Assembly: GCA_951406725.2 (NCBI GenBank)
Contig: OX597827.1
Location: forward strand, 75,950,001-76,014,000
DNA length: 64,000 bases
DNA from: Octopus vulgaris
Lineage: Eukaryota
Direction: 5' to 3'
The number at the start of each line of letters is the position of its first letter. Position 1 is the first letter of the stretch. The notes under the pieces are model-generated. The model was not told where the DNA came from and searched no databases. It saw only the letters and a program-made list of their open reading frames with translations. This document shows, piece after piece, positions 1 to 12,400 of the stretch. Made by a program: the position numbers and the translations under genes.

Positions 1-230
1 TCCTTGTATTGTTGTAGCTTTCAAATGATGCCACGCTGCTGGCTAGGTGGGTAGGCCAACATTCCACCCCACTTGATGGAATGCCAGTCTTTTATACAGC
101 AACTCATTTGCTAGTGGGTGGATCTGAGAAATGTGAAATGAAGTGTTTTGCTCAAGGATGCAATGCACCAGCAGTCTGGGAATTGAGGCCATGATCTTGC
201 AGCGGTGAGTACAACATTCCAATCATTCGT
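1..230 (-). mobile_element. Decayed tRNA-derived SINE fragment
   Basis: 1-60 resembles 41015-41070. 130-230 is the reverse complement of a SINE head/core (gtgtccttgagcaa-like motif), as at 9672-9790. Confidence 0.5.
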
Positions 231-259
231 TCACATACCTCCCACCCCCATATACATGT

Positions 260-462
260 ATCATCATCATCATCATCATTTAGCATCCGCTTTCCATGCT
301 AGCATGGGTTGGACGGTTCAACTGGGGTCTGGGAAGCCAGAAGGCTGCACCAGGCCCAGTCTGATCTGGCAATGTTTCTACAGCTGGATGCCCTTCCTAA
401 CACCAAATGCCCTTCCTAACGCCAAATGCCCTTCCTAACGCCAAACGTATGCCCTTCCTAAC
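260..462 (-). mobile_element. RTE 3'-end short element, with a tandemly reiterated cccttcctaac motif at its truncated end
   Basis: (CAT)n tail followed by tccgctttccatgctagcatgggttggacgg, homologous to the RTE 3' UTR at 63900-64000. gcccttcctaac occurs 4 times at 389-462. Confidence 0.8.
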
Positions 463-489
463 GTATATGTACACAAATATATATACACA

Positions 490-1258
490 TGTCACACTTC
501 TCAAGGACCTGGATACATTCCAGGCCAATGTCTGCAATCGAGTTGTTGACGTAAGTGAGACATTTCCCTCTCCTTACATCATGCAATTCTTTCAAATACT
601 AACTGGGGTGCTACAAGGAGATATGCTTGTACCTTATCTCTGTGCAATTGTACTGGATTATGCAATGCAGCAGAAACAGTGATGAAGACCTTGCAAAGAT
701 CACAAAGAGACCAGCAGTAACCATTACAGGCCTGGACTTCACAGACGATATAACACTCATAACTAACCAAATAGATCAAGCACAAAAGCTGTTCATCAGA
801 GTAAAAACATCAGCTTCAAAAATTGGACTGCATACAAATGTCAAGAACACTGAATACATGTCTTTCAACCAATCAAGTGATGATGCTGAACAGTTTGCTC
901 TGAATGGTTCCAAATTAAATGTTGCTGAAAATTTCAAGTACTTAGGTGGATGGGTGAGCAGTTGAGAAGCAGTCATCAAGATCAGGAAGGCACAAGTATG
1001 GACAGCCAGTCACAAACTAAAGAAGGCCTGGAAATCCAAATTGCCTGGGTAAGTCAAAACGAAGCTGTTCATTGTTACTGTCGCATCAGTGTTATTATAT
1101 GGCAGTGAAACAGGGACGTTGACAAAGAAATTATCAAATGAGCTAAATGGATGCTACACAGCGATGTTATGAATGGCCCTGAATGCTAAATGGTAGCAGC
1201 ATATGACAAATGGATGACTTTTTGAAGACCTGCCAAAAATTAGCAAGAAGATCAGGTA
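490..1258 (+). pseudogene. Degenerate non-LTR retrotransposon reverse transcriptase (RTE-like)
   Basis: Motifs TGVLQGD..PYL..IVLDY, DFTDDI (YADD equivalent), GLHTN..TEYM, FKYLG and LLYGSET, spread over frameshifts and stops. Confidence 0.85.
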
Positions 1259-1852
1259 AAAATGCACCACCTGAACAGGAAGCATTGAAAAATTACTACT
1301 GATTTCATTTCTAACTCTTTCTTAAATGTGACTAATCATGTGACACTGCTATAATAAGAACCTGCTCTGCCCAAATCACTTCTTGTCATAGCTAGACACT
1401 CATCTGCTTGTTTAAAACTCCCTCCTCGGGTTTTGTAGGCTTGCAAGTTGCATGGCACCTCATTAGTGTTGGTAGCATGAGAAAAAGCATTTCAATTAAT
1501 AACAGAAGACAATAGCAGTGATATTTCAAGTATTCATTTCCTACAACTGTTTCGATAATTCTTACATAATATTATAATGACAACCATAGTTATATAATTA
1601 TATAATTTTAATATAATTGTACAGAATGTAAGAATCATATCAAGGATAATATTATCATATTATCACTACATCAAAATTGTCCTTAAATAGAGAAGAACAA
1701 AATAAAATGAAGTAAAAATGAGAAAAAGGAGGAAGAGAAATTCAGAGACAAAGAAGGAAAAAGAAGGAAAAGAATAAATAAAAATAATGAGAGAAAAAGA
1801 AAAAAGAAAGATAAAATTAAAAAATGAAAAATAATAATAATAATAATAATAA

Positions 1853-2258
1853 TCATCATCATCATCATCGTTTAACGTCCGTTTTCCGTGCTAGCATGGG
1901 TTGGACGGTTCAACCAGGGTCTGGGAAACCAGAAGGCTGCACCAGGCTCAAGTCTGATCTGGTAGTGTTTCTACAGCTGGATGCCCTTCCTAACTCCCAC
2001 CACTCCGTGAGTGTAGTGGATGCTTTTTATGTGCCACCAGGACAGGTGCCAGGCAAGGCTGGCAACGGCCACAATCGGATTGGTGTTTTTTACGTGCCAC
2101 CTGCACGGAAGCCAGTCAAGATGGTGCTGGCATCAGCCACATTCGGATGGTGCTTTTTATGTGTCACAGGCGTGGAAGCCAGTTGGGGCGGCGCTGGCAT
2201 TGGCCACGTTCGGATGGTGCTTTTTATGTGCCACCAGCACAGGGATTGCCACAACAAT
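1853..2258 (-). mobile_element. RTE 3' UTR-derived element with (GAT)n tail
   Basis: (CAT)n plus repeated ggtgctttttaYgtgcc modules. Other copies near 10215-10330, 20437-20702, 29720-30150, 40180-40562, 41651-41785, 42893-43193, 59047-59370 and 60666-61085. Confidence 0.85.
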
Positions 2259-2473
2259 TTTAAAAACAACAAAGATATATAAGAAGTATTTTTTGTTCTG
2301 TAGATGGTTACATCATAAAGTTGTATTACACACACACACACTTACACACACACACATACACACGCACACACACATCCATATATATATCAAAAGGATGTGT
2401 TATAATACTATTCTACAGCCATAGCAAAAATCCAATAATACTAATCTGCATATACAAAAACAGCCATTCCAAC

Positions 2474-2542
2474 AATCCATCATCAGCTGCCCCACAGATA
2501 TCATTATAGTTTCAACACCTGAGCAGGACCAGTCAATCCGGC
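2474..2542 (-). ncRNA. Putative rearranged (non-circularly permuted) hammerhead ribozyme, diverged copy
   Basis: Minus strand reads TG-GTC|CTGCTC-aggtgtt-GAA-ACTA-14 nt-GGGCAG-CTGATGA-tggatt. Stem I has 6 bp, stem III has 4 bp and the triplet is GUC. Stem II is poorly paired. Confidence 0.55.
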
Positions 2543-3012
2543 AATGCCAAGTGCATTAAAATAACAAACTAGAGAATTCACAACTTTCAAACACATTTAC
2601 TCAATGTACAACCGTGTCAATAAATAAATTCCATAAGTAAATTACAACCCCTCCTAAATACATAACTAAACAGTGACAACTCTATTAAGTCATAAAAAAT
2701 TATAATCCCTACTGTCTTCCATATCATCATTTAGCGTCCGCTTTCCATGCTAATAAAAGTAAAGCTTAATAACCACATTATTTCAGTCAATCAATAGGCA
2801 GGACTAAACACTAACCTTACAAAAACTACAACAAGAGACATTTAAACCAATGTACATTGTATCAGTTTTAATAGGAAACTGCAATAACTAAATTATATGC
2901 TAAATTGCGATCAATCGTTAAGTCCATATAAATAATAATTCCACCGGTCTTCCATAGATACTACTATAATGAAATACATATATTGTGCATCTGTCTGTAT
3001 ATATATATATAC

Positions 3013-3050
<38 letters not shown>

Positions 3051-3097
3051 CTGTGTATGTGTATATATATATATATATATATGTATGTAACTGTGTA

Positions 3098-3159
<62 letters not shown>

Positions 3160-3748
3160 GCATGTATGTATATATGTATGTATATATGTATGTATATATA
3201 CATATATATGTATAATGGAATTGTCATTAACAAAGTTACAAAAGAGCCGTTAAACCTTTTGACAGTTTATAACAGCCAATACAATCAATAAAGGAAAACA
3301 AATATAATCGTATTTTTTGTGATATTAAGTGGCTAAAATGTCTCTTCTACAAGGAAATTATTACATGGCTTTTGTCCATGTTTCATTATATTACACCAGT
3401 GCCAGAAAGTGCTCAGAGCCCTTGCTATGTTAAAAATCTGTTGAATGTATTACTTGCATATGTTGTTAGTAAGAGTAGAAGTTCACATACAAAGGTTTCA
3501 CAGTCGGCTTTATGTGAGCTAATCACTGAGTTGATCTGATTAAAGAAATAATGGAATAACTGTTGAAAACTTTGATTGGTACCTGATCTTTAGAGTTGGT
3601 CGTATGGCCTTAAACATCATATAGCACCAGCCGGCAACCAATGTACAATTGTGTCGGTAGCCAGCCAGAAAAGAGGTTTTCCTGGGGCTAAAAAAGGTAG
3701 TAACATTGTCCTAATCAGAACTGCCACTTTACATTGGGAAATAGATTT

Positions 3749-3791
<43 letters not shown>

Positions 3792-3793
3792 TG

Positions 3794-3846
<53 letters not shown>

Positions 3847-3949
3847 TATTAATATTAGGGAAGTTATTTCCAAGTACATAGGGGAGAGAAATTCAATTTA
3901 GTGGTACTAAAATGAATTACTGGCTTTATTATATATATATATATATATA

Positions 3950-4353
3950 GGTTTAAGAGACAGAACCACCTTCAAGCAACTCAATCAATACTGAACGAAA
4001 TTATCTATGATAGAGATATATAAGATTGAATTATTTTATCAAAATTAATATCTACAATTCTTATTCTGAATCCTATATCAAATTATATAGACTATGCGCG
4101 TTTCATGACAATATCTATCGGTATTGCTGAAATAGAAGGTCTTGAAATCCAATACCATATCAAATATCAATCCGACTATACTGCCAATCTTCAGGTCTGA
4201 ATTATATAAAACTATTTTACTATTTACATCTAATATAAAGACATGACAATGAAAATTATACAACTAGAAATTTTCTAAATAATTTTTCATTACTATAGTT
4301 TTATATTATCCAGTCCTAAAGATTAGCACTATAGTCGGATTGATATGGTATTG
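3950..4353 (-). mobile_element. Penelope-type non-autonomous element with partial inverted copy and type I hammerhead (4089-4198)
   Basis: Minus strand reads AGAC-CTGAAGA-T-TGGCA...TGTCA-T-GAAA-CGCGCA-TA-GTCT. About 4149-4217 is inverted at about 4294-4353. The element abuts (TA)n. Confidence 0.65.
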
Positions 4354-4392
4354 CAACACACACACAAAGCACACACATACAAGTACACAAAT

Positions 4393-4434
<42 letters not shown>

Positions 4435-4439
<5 letters not shown>

Positions 4440-4770
4440 GTTTCCTTGTCCTGTTATTCTTTATTTGTACTGTTTTTTCTTCATTTGTATTGCTTTTACG
4501 TCCTGTTCTTGTCATTTGTTTTACCCCTCTGCAAAAGAATTTTATTTAATTCCTTTTGCAGAAAGGACTGCTTCGGCCGGGTTGTGTTCTGCCCTTACCT
4601 TTGAAACACGCATTGAGTTGAACCAGGGGCAGCTGATGAAGGGGAATTTTCCTTGTATTGTTTGTCCTGTACTCTGTTTTTTCGTTGTTAAAAAAAGTCC
4701 GTTTCCTTGTTTGATTTTATGTTTTCGTTTCTCGTTGTGTTCTACATTTATTTGTGGTATCCTGTACTCA
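4435..4770 (+). mobile_element. (TA)n-flanked, T-rich small element carrying a hairpin and a rearranged hammerhead
   Basis: Bounded by TA-rich microsatellite on both sides. Hairpin tctgcaaaag...cttttgcaga at about 4528-4562. Confidence 0.6.
4576..4644 (+). ncRNA. Putative rearranged (non-circularly permuted) hammerhead ribozyme
   Basis: Reads TGTGT-T|CTGCCCTT-a-CCTTT-GAA-ACACG-14 nt-AGGGGCAG-CTGATGA-AGGGG. Stem I has 8 bp (4589-96/4625-32), stem II has 5 bp (4640-44/4598-4602) and stem III has 5 bp (4606-10/4583-87). The triplet is GUU. Confidence 0.7.
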
Positions 4771-5129
4771 TATATGCATGTATATATACATATAGATGTA
4801 AGTATGTACATATATGTATGTATATATGCATATGTTTTATTTATTATATTGTTATATATATATATTCTTTTATACTTTTACTTGTTTCAGTCATTTGGCC
4901 GCAGACATGGCAGAAGTTATGGTGCTTGGCTGAGATGTTTGCCACACCCTTCATATTTGCCCAACTTTATGCCTTTGAATTTTCACTTAATTCAGCTTTT
5001 TCAATATTCAGCGCTGAAGAGGATGTAAAAATTCACCTGGTAGAGCTTTTCACCAATAAATAGAAGCAATTCCTTGAGTTGGGAATAATGGATCTGCCCA
5101 CAATATGGCAGAATATACTAGAATGAAAT

Positions 5130-5395
5130 GGGGAGGAAGAGAGGAGACTGCCTTCAGTCATGAATGACCGTGGGATTGCACCTAGAAAGTTACCCTCCAA
5201 TGCATGTGTCGGCAAATTTTTTTTATGGAAGACCAGCAATCACCCATGCATACCAGCCTCCTCTCTTTACACCACCAATGTTATACAAATGAAGGACAAA
5301 GGTCGATACAACTTGGCACCTGTAACATTGCAACTCATTTCTACAGATGAGTGAACTGGAGCAGTGTGAAATAAAGAGTCTTGCTCAAGAAATGA
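5130..5395 (-). mobile_element. SINE (second copy at about 41440-41915, interrupted by an RTE-tail insertion)
   Basis: Both copies share gaccgtgggattgca..tagaaagttaccctcc...caactcattt...gagtgaactggagca..gtcttgctcaag. Confidence 0.7.
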
Positions 5396-6761
5396 AATAA
5401 GAATCATATCATTAATTGAATAAATCACTTTGTGTTTAAAGCTTGTGTCTTGTTTTTACTTAAAAAAACAGACCAGATGCTTTGCCCAACCTGATGCATG
5501 TGTGCACACATGCAAAAGCACACACATACACACACACACACACATGGGACAGACATAAAAAAAATGGGGATTCAGGTGTTTCCTTCCACAACTCTTTTAA
5601 AAGATCTATTTACCTGATTAAGTGAAAATCTAATGTTGCTAGGTCGTGTTATATGAGGACTCCCTTTCTGTTGGCTTGAGCTGATCATTTTTGGAGCTAT
5701 GCTTCATTGACACATTCAAGTCGTTGACAATAAAGTTCTACGGTGATGCTTTTTCTTTGTTCCAATAATTCAAAGTGGACAATACTTATTGTATTTCACT
5801 AAATGCTCAACAGAATCTTCATTAAGTGTGGATCTAGATTGGATGTTGGAACTGGGTTTTCATTTAACTGCTTCTTGTGTTTATTGTTAGCATAGACCAA
5901 TGGTTCTCAACAACAACAACAACAACAACAGTAGCAGCAGCCTTATTTTTTCAAGGAGCATTGCATATCCAGGATGCCATTATTCAATCTATTCCATCAT
6001 TTTATTGGTAGCAGAGTGTGATTTCGAAGGATATTTGGCTGCTAATTTTAGCAGGTTGAACAACCATGCTGAGGGTCCCTCACTGAGTTGTTATTACTGT
6101 TGTTGCTGATTAACCACAGGTCTGCTCTGGCTAAACACACCTACCTAGAATCAATACAGGCCTTCCAGCTGTGACCATCACATTTTATTTTTCAGTTTCG
6201 CTGTACCTAGAATCACATTTTTGTCCAGTATATCCATTTTTAAGAGAGTAGTGTATGATTTGAGGCTGTTTTGTGTACTATTTCTAGCAGAGTAACTAAC
6301 CACCTACAAGCTCCCTAGTTGGCTCGTTATCATTAAATATTTGTCAATGGCCTCAAATCTGATACAACTGCAGTGTCTCTGTTATTCCAACTTTATTGAC
6401 CAATTCACTCACTACCATGGCATCGTTCCATTGGTTCTATAGATGTGAATTCTTGTGTCTGTCTGTGTGTCCATTCCAATACGTCATTTACAAGCAATTT
6501 CAGAATCAATTACTCCTAGGTTAACAACTAAACATTGCTTTTATTCTTTTACTGGTTTCAAACATTTTGGCCATACTGGAGCATAGGCTTCAAGGAAATA
6601 AAGAACATTGACCCTGGTAATTATTCCATCAATCTCTGTCTGTTTAGTGAGTGACTAAGATACTAAGATATGTTCGTGACTTAAAGGGATGCAACATTGA
6701 AACACCAGTTATACCAGCACACACAAACACAAACACATGTGCATATAATATATATATATAG

Positions 6762-6969
6762 TCTTTTATTCTTTTATTTGTTTCAGTCACTTGACTGCGG
6801 CTATGCTGGAGCAATGCCTTTAGTCGAACAAATCGACTCCAGGACTTACTGTTTGTAAGCCTAGTACTTATTCTATCAGTCTTCTTTTGCTGAACCTCTA
6901 AGTTATCGGGACATAAACACACCAACATTGGTTATCAAGTGGGGGGGAGGGACAAACACAGACACACAA

Positions 6970-6990
<21 letters not shown>
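6762..6990 (-). mobile_element. CORE-type tRNA SINE, 3' part
   Basis: Reverse complement of the 47640-47845 segment (ctccagcatggccgcagtcaaatgactgaaacaag). Confidence 0.8.
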
Positions 6991-7044
<54 letters not shown>

Positions 7045-7049
7045 TAAAT

Positions 7050-7280
7050 AATTAGAAAATGGAGAAAACCTCAGATTAAGAAACACATCAATTGGACCAC
7101 ATATATGGCTTATTTTTTAATACAATGAATGACATAACAAAATGGGTGACATACCAAATCTTACAGCCGTTTCTGCATCTGTTGCTATGCGGTGTCTATA
7201 AATAATTGCGAAAATACAATTCTTCATCTTCATAGGACATTCAAATTAAGGCACGGAACTTCATCAGGGTGAAAAACAAG
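7050..7280 (-). mobile_element. Decayed Penelope-type element with degenerate hammerhead and long stem II insert
   Basis: Minus strand has CTGATGA (7261-67), about 87 nt, then GAAA-CGGCTG-TA (7162-73). Stems I and II pair poorly. Confidence 0.35.
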
Positions 7281-7296
7281 AACATCCAAAATAAAC

Positions 7297-7577
7297 AGTT
7301 GAGCAAGAGACCAACAAAACTCCTTGTAACACCAAAGATGAACTGAAGGCAGGGATTATGGCAGCATTTACTAACTTAAACAAGGAGACAATCCAGAAGA
7401 GTTGCAAAAGATTCTGAAGTCATCAGGAAGCTGTAGTTAAAAGCAAAGGTGATTTTATTGAATAAATTTACTCTTTAATATTTCATGATATTTTTATGTA
7501 ATTTTGGTAAATATATATGTTAACATGAGATGTCAGTGTTATTTTCATTTTTAGACCATTCATTCACTGCACCCTGC
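7297..7577 (+). mobile_element. Tc1/mariner-superfamily (maT-like) 3' fragment
   Basis: Homologous to the reverse complement of 35007-35300. Encodes VEQETNKTPCNTKDELKA...GDFIE* followed by a terminal repeat. Confidence 0.7.
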
Positions 7578-7676
7578 ATATACGTAGTCTGATCAATAAG
7601 TATCCAGACTGTTGCCATAGTAACAGCCCGTGTACTTTATGATAAGACCTTGTATGTATATATATATATATATATA

Positions 7677-7977
<301 letters not shown>

Positions 7978-8105
7978 CGACAGACAGACAGAAAGATAGA
8001 GAAAGCGATTGATGTATTTATATATCTATCTATCTAAGCCTTAAACTAATAACATCTTTTTTAAACTATTTGTTTCCTTTTTTTTTTATTTTCCATTGCT
8101 CATTA

Positions 8106-8157
<52 letters not shown>

Positions 8158-8160
8158 ACG

Positions 8161-8192
<32 letters not shown>

Positions 8193-8225
8193 TGTATGTA
8201 TGTGTGTATATAAGTATGTATGTAT

Positions 8226-8821
8226 GCATGCAAGAGACAAGACTACATTGGTTTGGACATGTGATGCATATGAATGAGGACAGCTGCATAAACAAGTGCT
8301 GATCACTAAAAGTGGATGGTATCCGCAGAAGAAGGAGACCCAGGAAGACATGGGATGAAGTGGTAAGGACTGGTCTCAGGATGTTGGGCCTCACGGAAGA
8401 AATGACAATAGTCCGAGATGTCTGGTGATATGAAGTTCTTGAGAAAACCTGCCCACATCAGCGAAACTGAGTTCTAGAAGTGCTGTGTGTCCCACCCACA
8501 CTTAACAAGAAATTCTCTCACACACCCTACCACAACAAACCAAACTACATCTCTTCTCTTCCTCACTTTTCCACTTAATGCACTACGCTTACCTCCCACT
8601 CCCCAATCCTGTCCTCTTGCCCCTGTGCCACTCTATGATTGCTCTCTGCTAGCTTCTGACCTGTGTATTCCACCCACATGCCCTGTCTCATTCTATCATT
8701 TCATATGCCCAGCACTTTGCCACCATCTCTATCCTGCTGTCTCCCACTCTCTGCACCTCCTTCAGGCTGGGTAACCATGTATTTCCTTTGTGGCAGCACA
8801 CCTATTTATGTCTTAATTCCT

Positions 8822-8915
<94 letters not shown>

Positions 8916-9367
8916 CAGCCAGGTAACCTTGTACTTCCTCTACAGCAAGGCACCTGTTTCTCTCTGTCTCACTATAACCTTTCATCATCTGACACAAGAT
9001 CACCTCCTCCACTGGCCCCCTCCCCTCCCAAAATAATTTTTTTTTGTCTTACAAGTACTTGATGACACTGTTAGTGCAGGTGCCACTTAAAAGCACCCTG
9101 TCCACATTGTAAAGTGGTTGCCATTTGGAAGGGCATCCAGCTATAAAAACCTTGCCAAAACTGACCTTGCCTGTGCTTGTGCAACATAAAAAAGCACCAA
9201 GTCCACTCTACTGAGTGGTTGGTGTTAGGAAGGAGATCCAGTTGTAAAAATCCTGCCAAAATAGTTACAGATGCCTGGTGCAAGCTTCTGCCTGGACAGA
9301 TCTTATCAAACCATCCTACCCATGCCAGCATGGAAGGCATGTTAAACAATGATGATGATGATGATGA
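8226..9367 (+). mobile_element. 5'-truncated RTE LINE: ORF C-terminus, long 3' UTR and (GAT)n tail
   Basis: [19 protein letters not shown]...RPRKTWDEVV, then a pyrimidine-rich UTR, the conserved tail and (GAT)n. Confidence 0.8.
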
Positions 9368-9406
9368 TATATATATATGTGTGTGTGTGTGTGTGTATTA
9401 TATATA

Positions 9407-9445
<39 letters not shown>

Positions 9446-9671
9446 GCGTGTGTGTGTGTGAAAGTATAAAAAAAATGAATGCTGACTTAGGTAACCTCAG
9501 CCAAAATCCTTGTGAAAAGTGACTAACAGAGGTAAGTGGAGGTGAGGAAAATTGTTATCCCCTCTATGATTGATCCCAAATACAGAATAAACACGCAGGG
9601 CCCCAGTCCTAAATATGAAAGACAAAATCTCACCAATAACTTGTCCACTGCAACCTGTAGGATGTATTTAT

Positions 9672-9985
9672 GGTGCAATGGCATGTGGCTTAGAGGTTAG
9701 GGCATCCACCCCATCAGCATAAGTTCTTGAGTTTGCTACTTGGCCACACATTGTGTCCTTGAGCAAGTCACTCCATTGTTGCTCCCGTCCACTCGGCTGG
9801 CAAAAATGAGTTACACATGTCACTCAAAAGTTCATCCTTGTCACATTCCATGCCATGCTGAATTTCCCTGAGAACTACGTTAAGGGGACACATGTCTGTG
9901 GGGTGCTGAGCCACTTGCAGGTTAATTTCATGAGCAGGCCGTTCCACTGATTCGATCAACCGGAACCAGCCTTGTTGCAACCAAC
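9672..9985 (+). mobile_element. tRNA-derived SINE (same family as 20040-20421 and 44140-45680)
   Basis: A/B-box-like head, gtgtccttgagcaag core and ctgagaactacgttaaggg segment. Confidence 0.7.
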
Positions 9986-10328
9986 TGAGTGCCAGATCAT
10001 GTGCACAACTGTGTGAGACGCAGGCATGGTTGATTGGCTGAGAAACTTGCTTTTTTGGCCAAAAGGTTTTGGGTTCAGTCCTATGTGTATGGCACTCTAG
10101 GCAAGTTTCTTTTGCTAAGGCCTTGCTTGTAGATTTGCAAGATGAAAGAAACCTGTCAAGTATATGTATGTGTGTGTATATGTGTGTGTATATATATACA
10201 CATATATTCATATATCACTGCCAGATCTGACTGGCCTGGTGCAGCCTTCGGGCTCCCCAGACCCCAGTTGAACCGTCCAACCCATACTAGCATGGAAAAC
10301 GGACGCTAAATGATGATGATGATGATGA

Positions 10329-10403
<75 letters not shown>

Positions 10404-10672
10404 CGTGTATGTATGTGTGTGTGTGTTTGTGCGTGTGTATATATATATGCATGTATGTATGTATATATGTGTACACACACACATATGTATGTGTGTATAT
10501 ATATGTATACAAGATTCTCCAACAGATGACATTATAGAAAACGGACATTAAATGGTGATGATGATGATAATCTTTGTATGTATGTGTATATATATGTGTG
10601 TGTGTGTGTGTAGACATACATCTGTATGTGTATGTATATGTATGAATATATATATAGAATATATATAATGTG

Positions 10673-10706
<34 letters not shown>

Positions 10707-10742
10707 AATGTAGGTTATATATATATATATAAATGTATGTAA

Positions 10743-10828
<86 letters not shown>

Positions 10829-10839
10829 GTAAGTATGTA

Positions 10840-10877
<38 letters not shown>

Positions 10878-11144
10878 AGTGTGATGCCGATAAAACCTAC
10901 AGAGAAGTGTATATCTTTGAGAGAACTGTACATTGTTGTTTTGGAATCATGTTTATGGAAATTTATCTCAGATAAATAATTCCTTCCTGTACATGCAGAA
11001 CTCCACATGAATATGTAGATAGGATATTCAATAAATGCATGAATACACAGCTGACCATATGTAAACCATTCTTTAATAATACGTCAACCATACCCTTTAG
11101 GTATGGACATCAATGTCTGTAGCATACACTCAATAGTGTTCGCT

Positions 11145-11202
11145 AGCTATCTATCTGTGTGTCTGTCTATCTATCTATCTAGCTATCTCATTTTTCATGT
11201 CG

Positions 11203-11270
<68 letters not shown>

Positions 11271-11412
11271 GTCTGTCTGTCTATCTCTCTGACTGTCGGT
11301 CTATCTATCTATCTATCTATCTATCTTTCGATCTCTTTGACTGTCGGTCTATCTATCTATCTATCTATCTATCTATGTATCTATTGACTGTTCAATCTAT
11401 CTGTCCTTCTGC

Positions 11413-11485
<73 letters not shown>

Positions 11486-11682
11486 GATCTCTCTGACTGT
11501 TGGTCTATCTCTCTATCTCTCTATCTATCTATGTATCTATTGATTGGTCGATCTATCTGTCCTTCTATCTATCTATCTATCTATCGATCTATCTATCTAT
11601 CTGTTTGTCTATCTGTCAGTCAGTCTATCTTTCTATCTATCTATCTACCTTTCTATCTATCTATCTATCTATCTATCTCTCT
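11145..11682. repeat. (CTAT)n compound microsatellite
   Basis: Seen directly. Confidence 0.95.
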
Positions 11683-12043
11683 TTCCATGAATCTTCCAAT
11701 TTCTGTGTGAGCATGTGCATGTGTGCATGCATGCGTGCGTGTATGTGTGCATATGTGCATATACTTTTGTACATATGTGTAGTTATGTATACATACATAT
11801 TCACCCATATGCATGCATATATTCATAGGAACTTGATATACAGGAAAAGAAGTGACAAAGGAATATTGAACTAAATTCACCAATAAAGAGTAAATGATAC
11901 AGAAGAGGAGAGGCGAAGAAAGTGATGAAGAAAGACTAAAGGGATGAGTAAAAGAGAGAGAGAGAGAGAGAGAGGGTGAAGGTGGAAAGAAGGAGAATAG
12001 AAGAGACAAAGAGAAGAAATACGAGAGACGAAAAGATTTGTCC

Positions 12044-12096
<53 letters not shown>

Positions 12097-12127
12097 CACA
12101 CATGTGCATGCACACACATATACCTAT

Positions 12128-12167
<40 letters not shown>

Positions 12168-12318
12168 CATAAGGGACTAAAGCCATCTGAATATGGCTAG
12201 GGACAGGGCAGGGTGGTGGGGGTGTTACTGTTGCATTTAGCCCCAGGCGAACATCGACGTCACCAGAAAGGCTCGACACCGTCACGGTGCCCTTAACCTG
12301 CAAAGGGAGGTAATTCCC

Positions 12319-12400
12319 CGATGAAGCGGAAACCACACACGGACCATGGTTTCAAGGTGTATTGCCTATCATCGGCGTGTGGTAGGCCTCCGCTTCCTCG
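12319..12400 (-). ncRNA. Type I hammerhead ribozyme, array copy 1
   Basis: Minus strand reads GAAGCGGAGGCC-tac-CACACG-CCGATGA-T-AGG-caataca-CCT-T-GAA-ACCATGGT-C|CGTGTG-t-GGTTTCCGCTTC. Confidence 0.8.

Noticed and set aside
5008-5050. GCG-CTGAAGA-GGATG...CCTGGTAGAGC possible hammerhead
   Set aside because: GAAA is absent and the stems do not pair. At best it is a decayed remnant.
12215-12260. GGGGGTGTTACTG...AGCCCCAGG as an HDV-like or twister ribozyme
   Set aside because: I could not build the nested double pseudoknot or the twister consensus on either strand, so it is kept only as a conserved block.
12318-12356. Plus-strand CCGATGAAGCGGAAACC...GGTTTC as a hammerhead
   Set aside because: There is no stem II and no stem I pairing. 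It is the antisense of the real minus-strand ribozyme's stem I.
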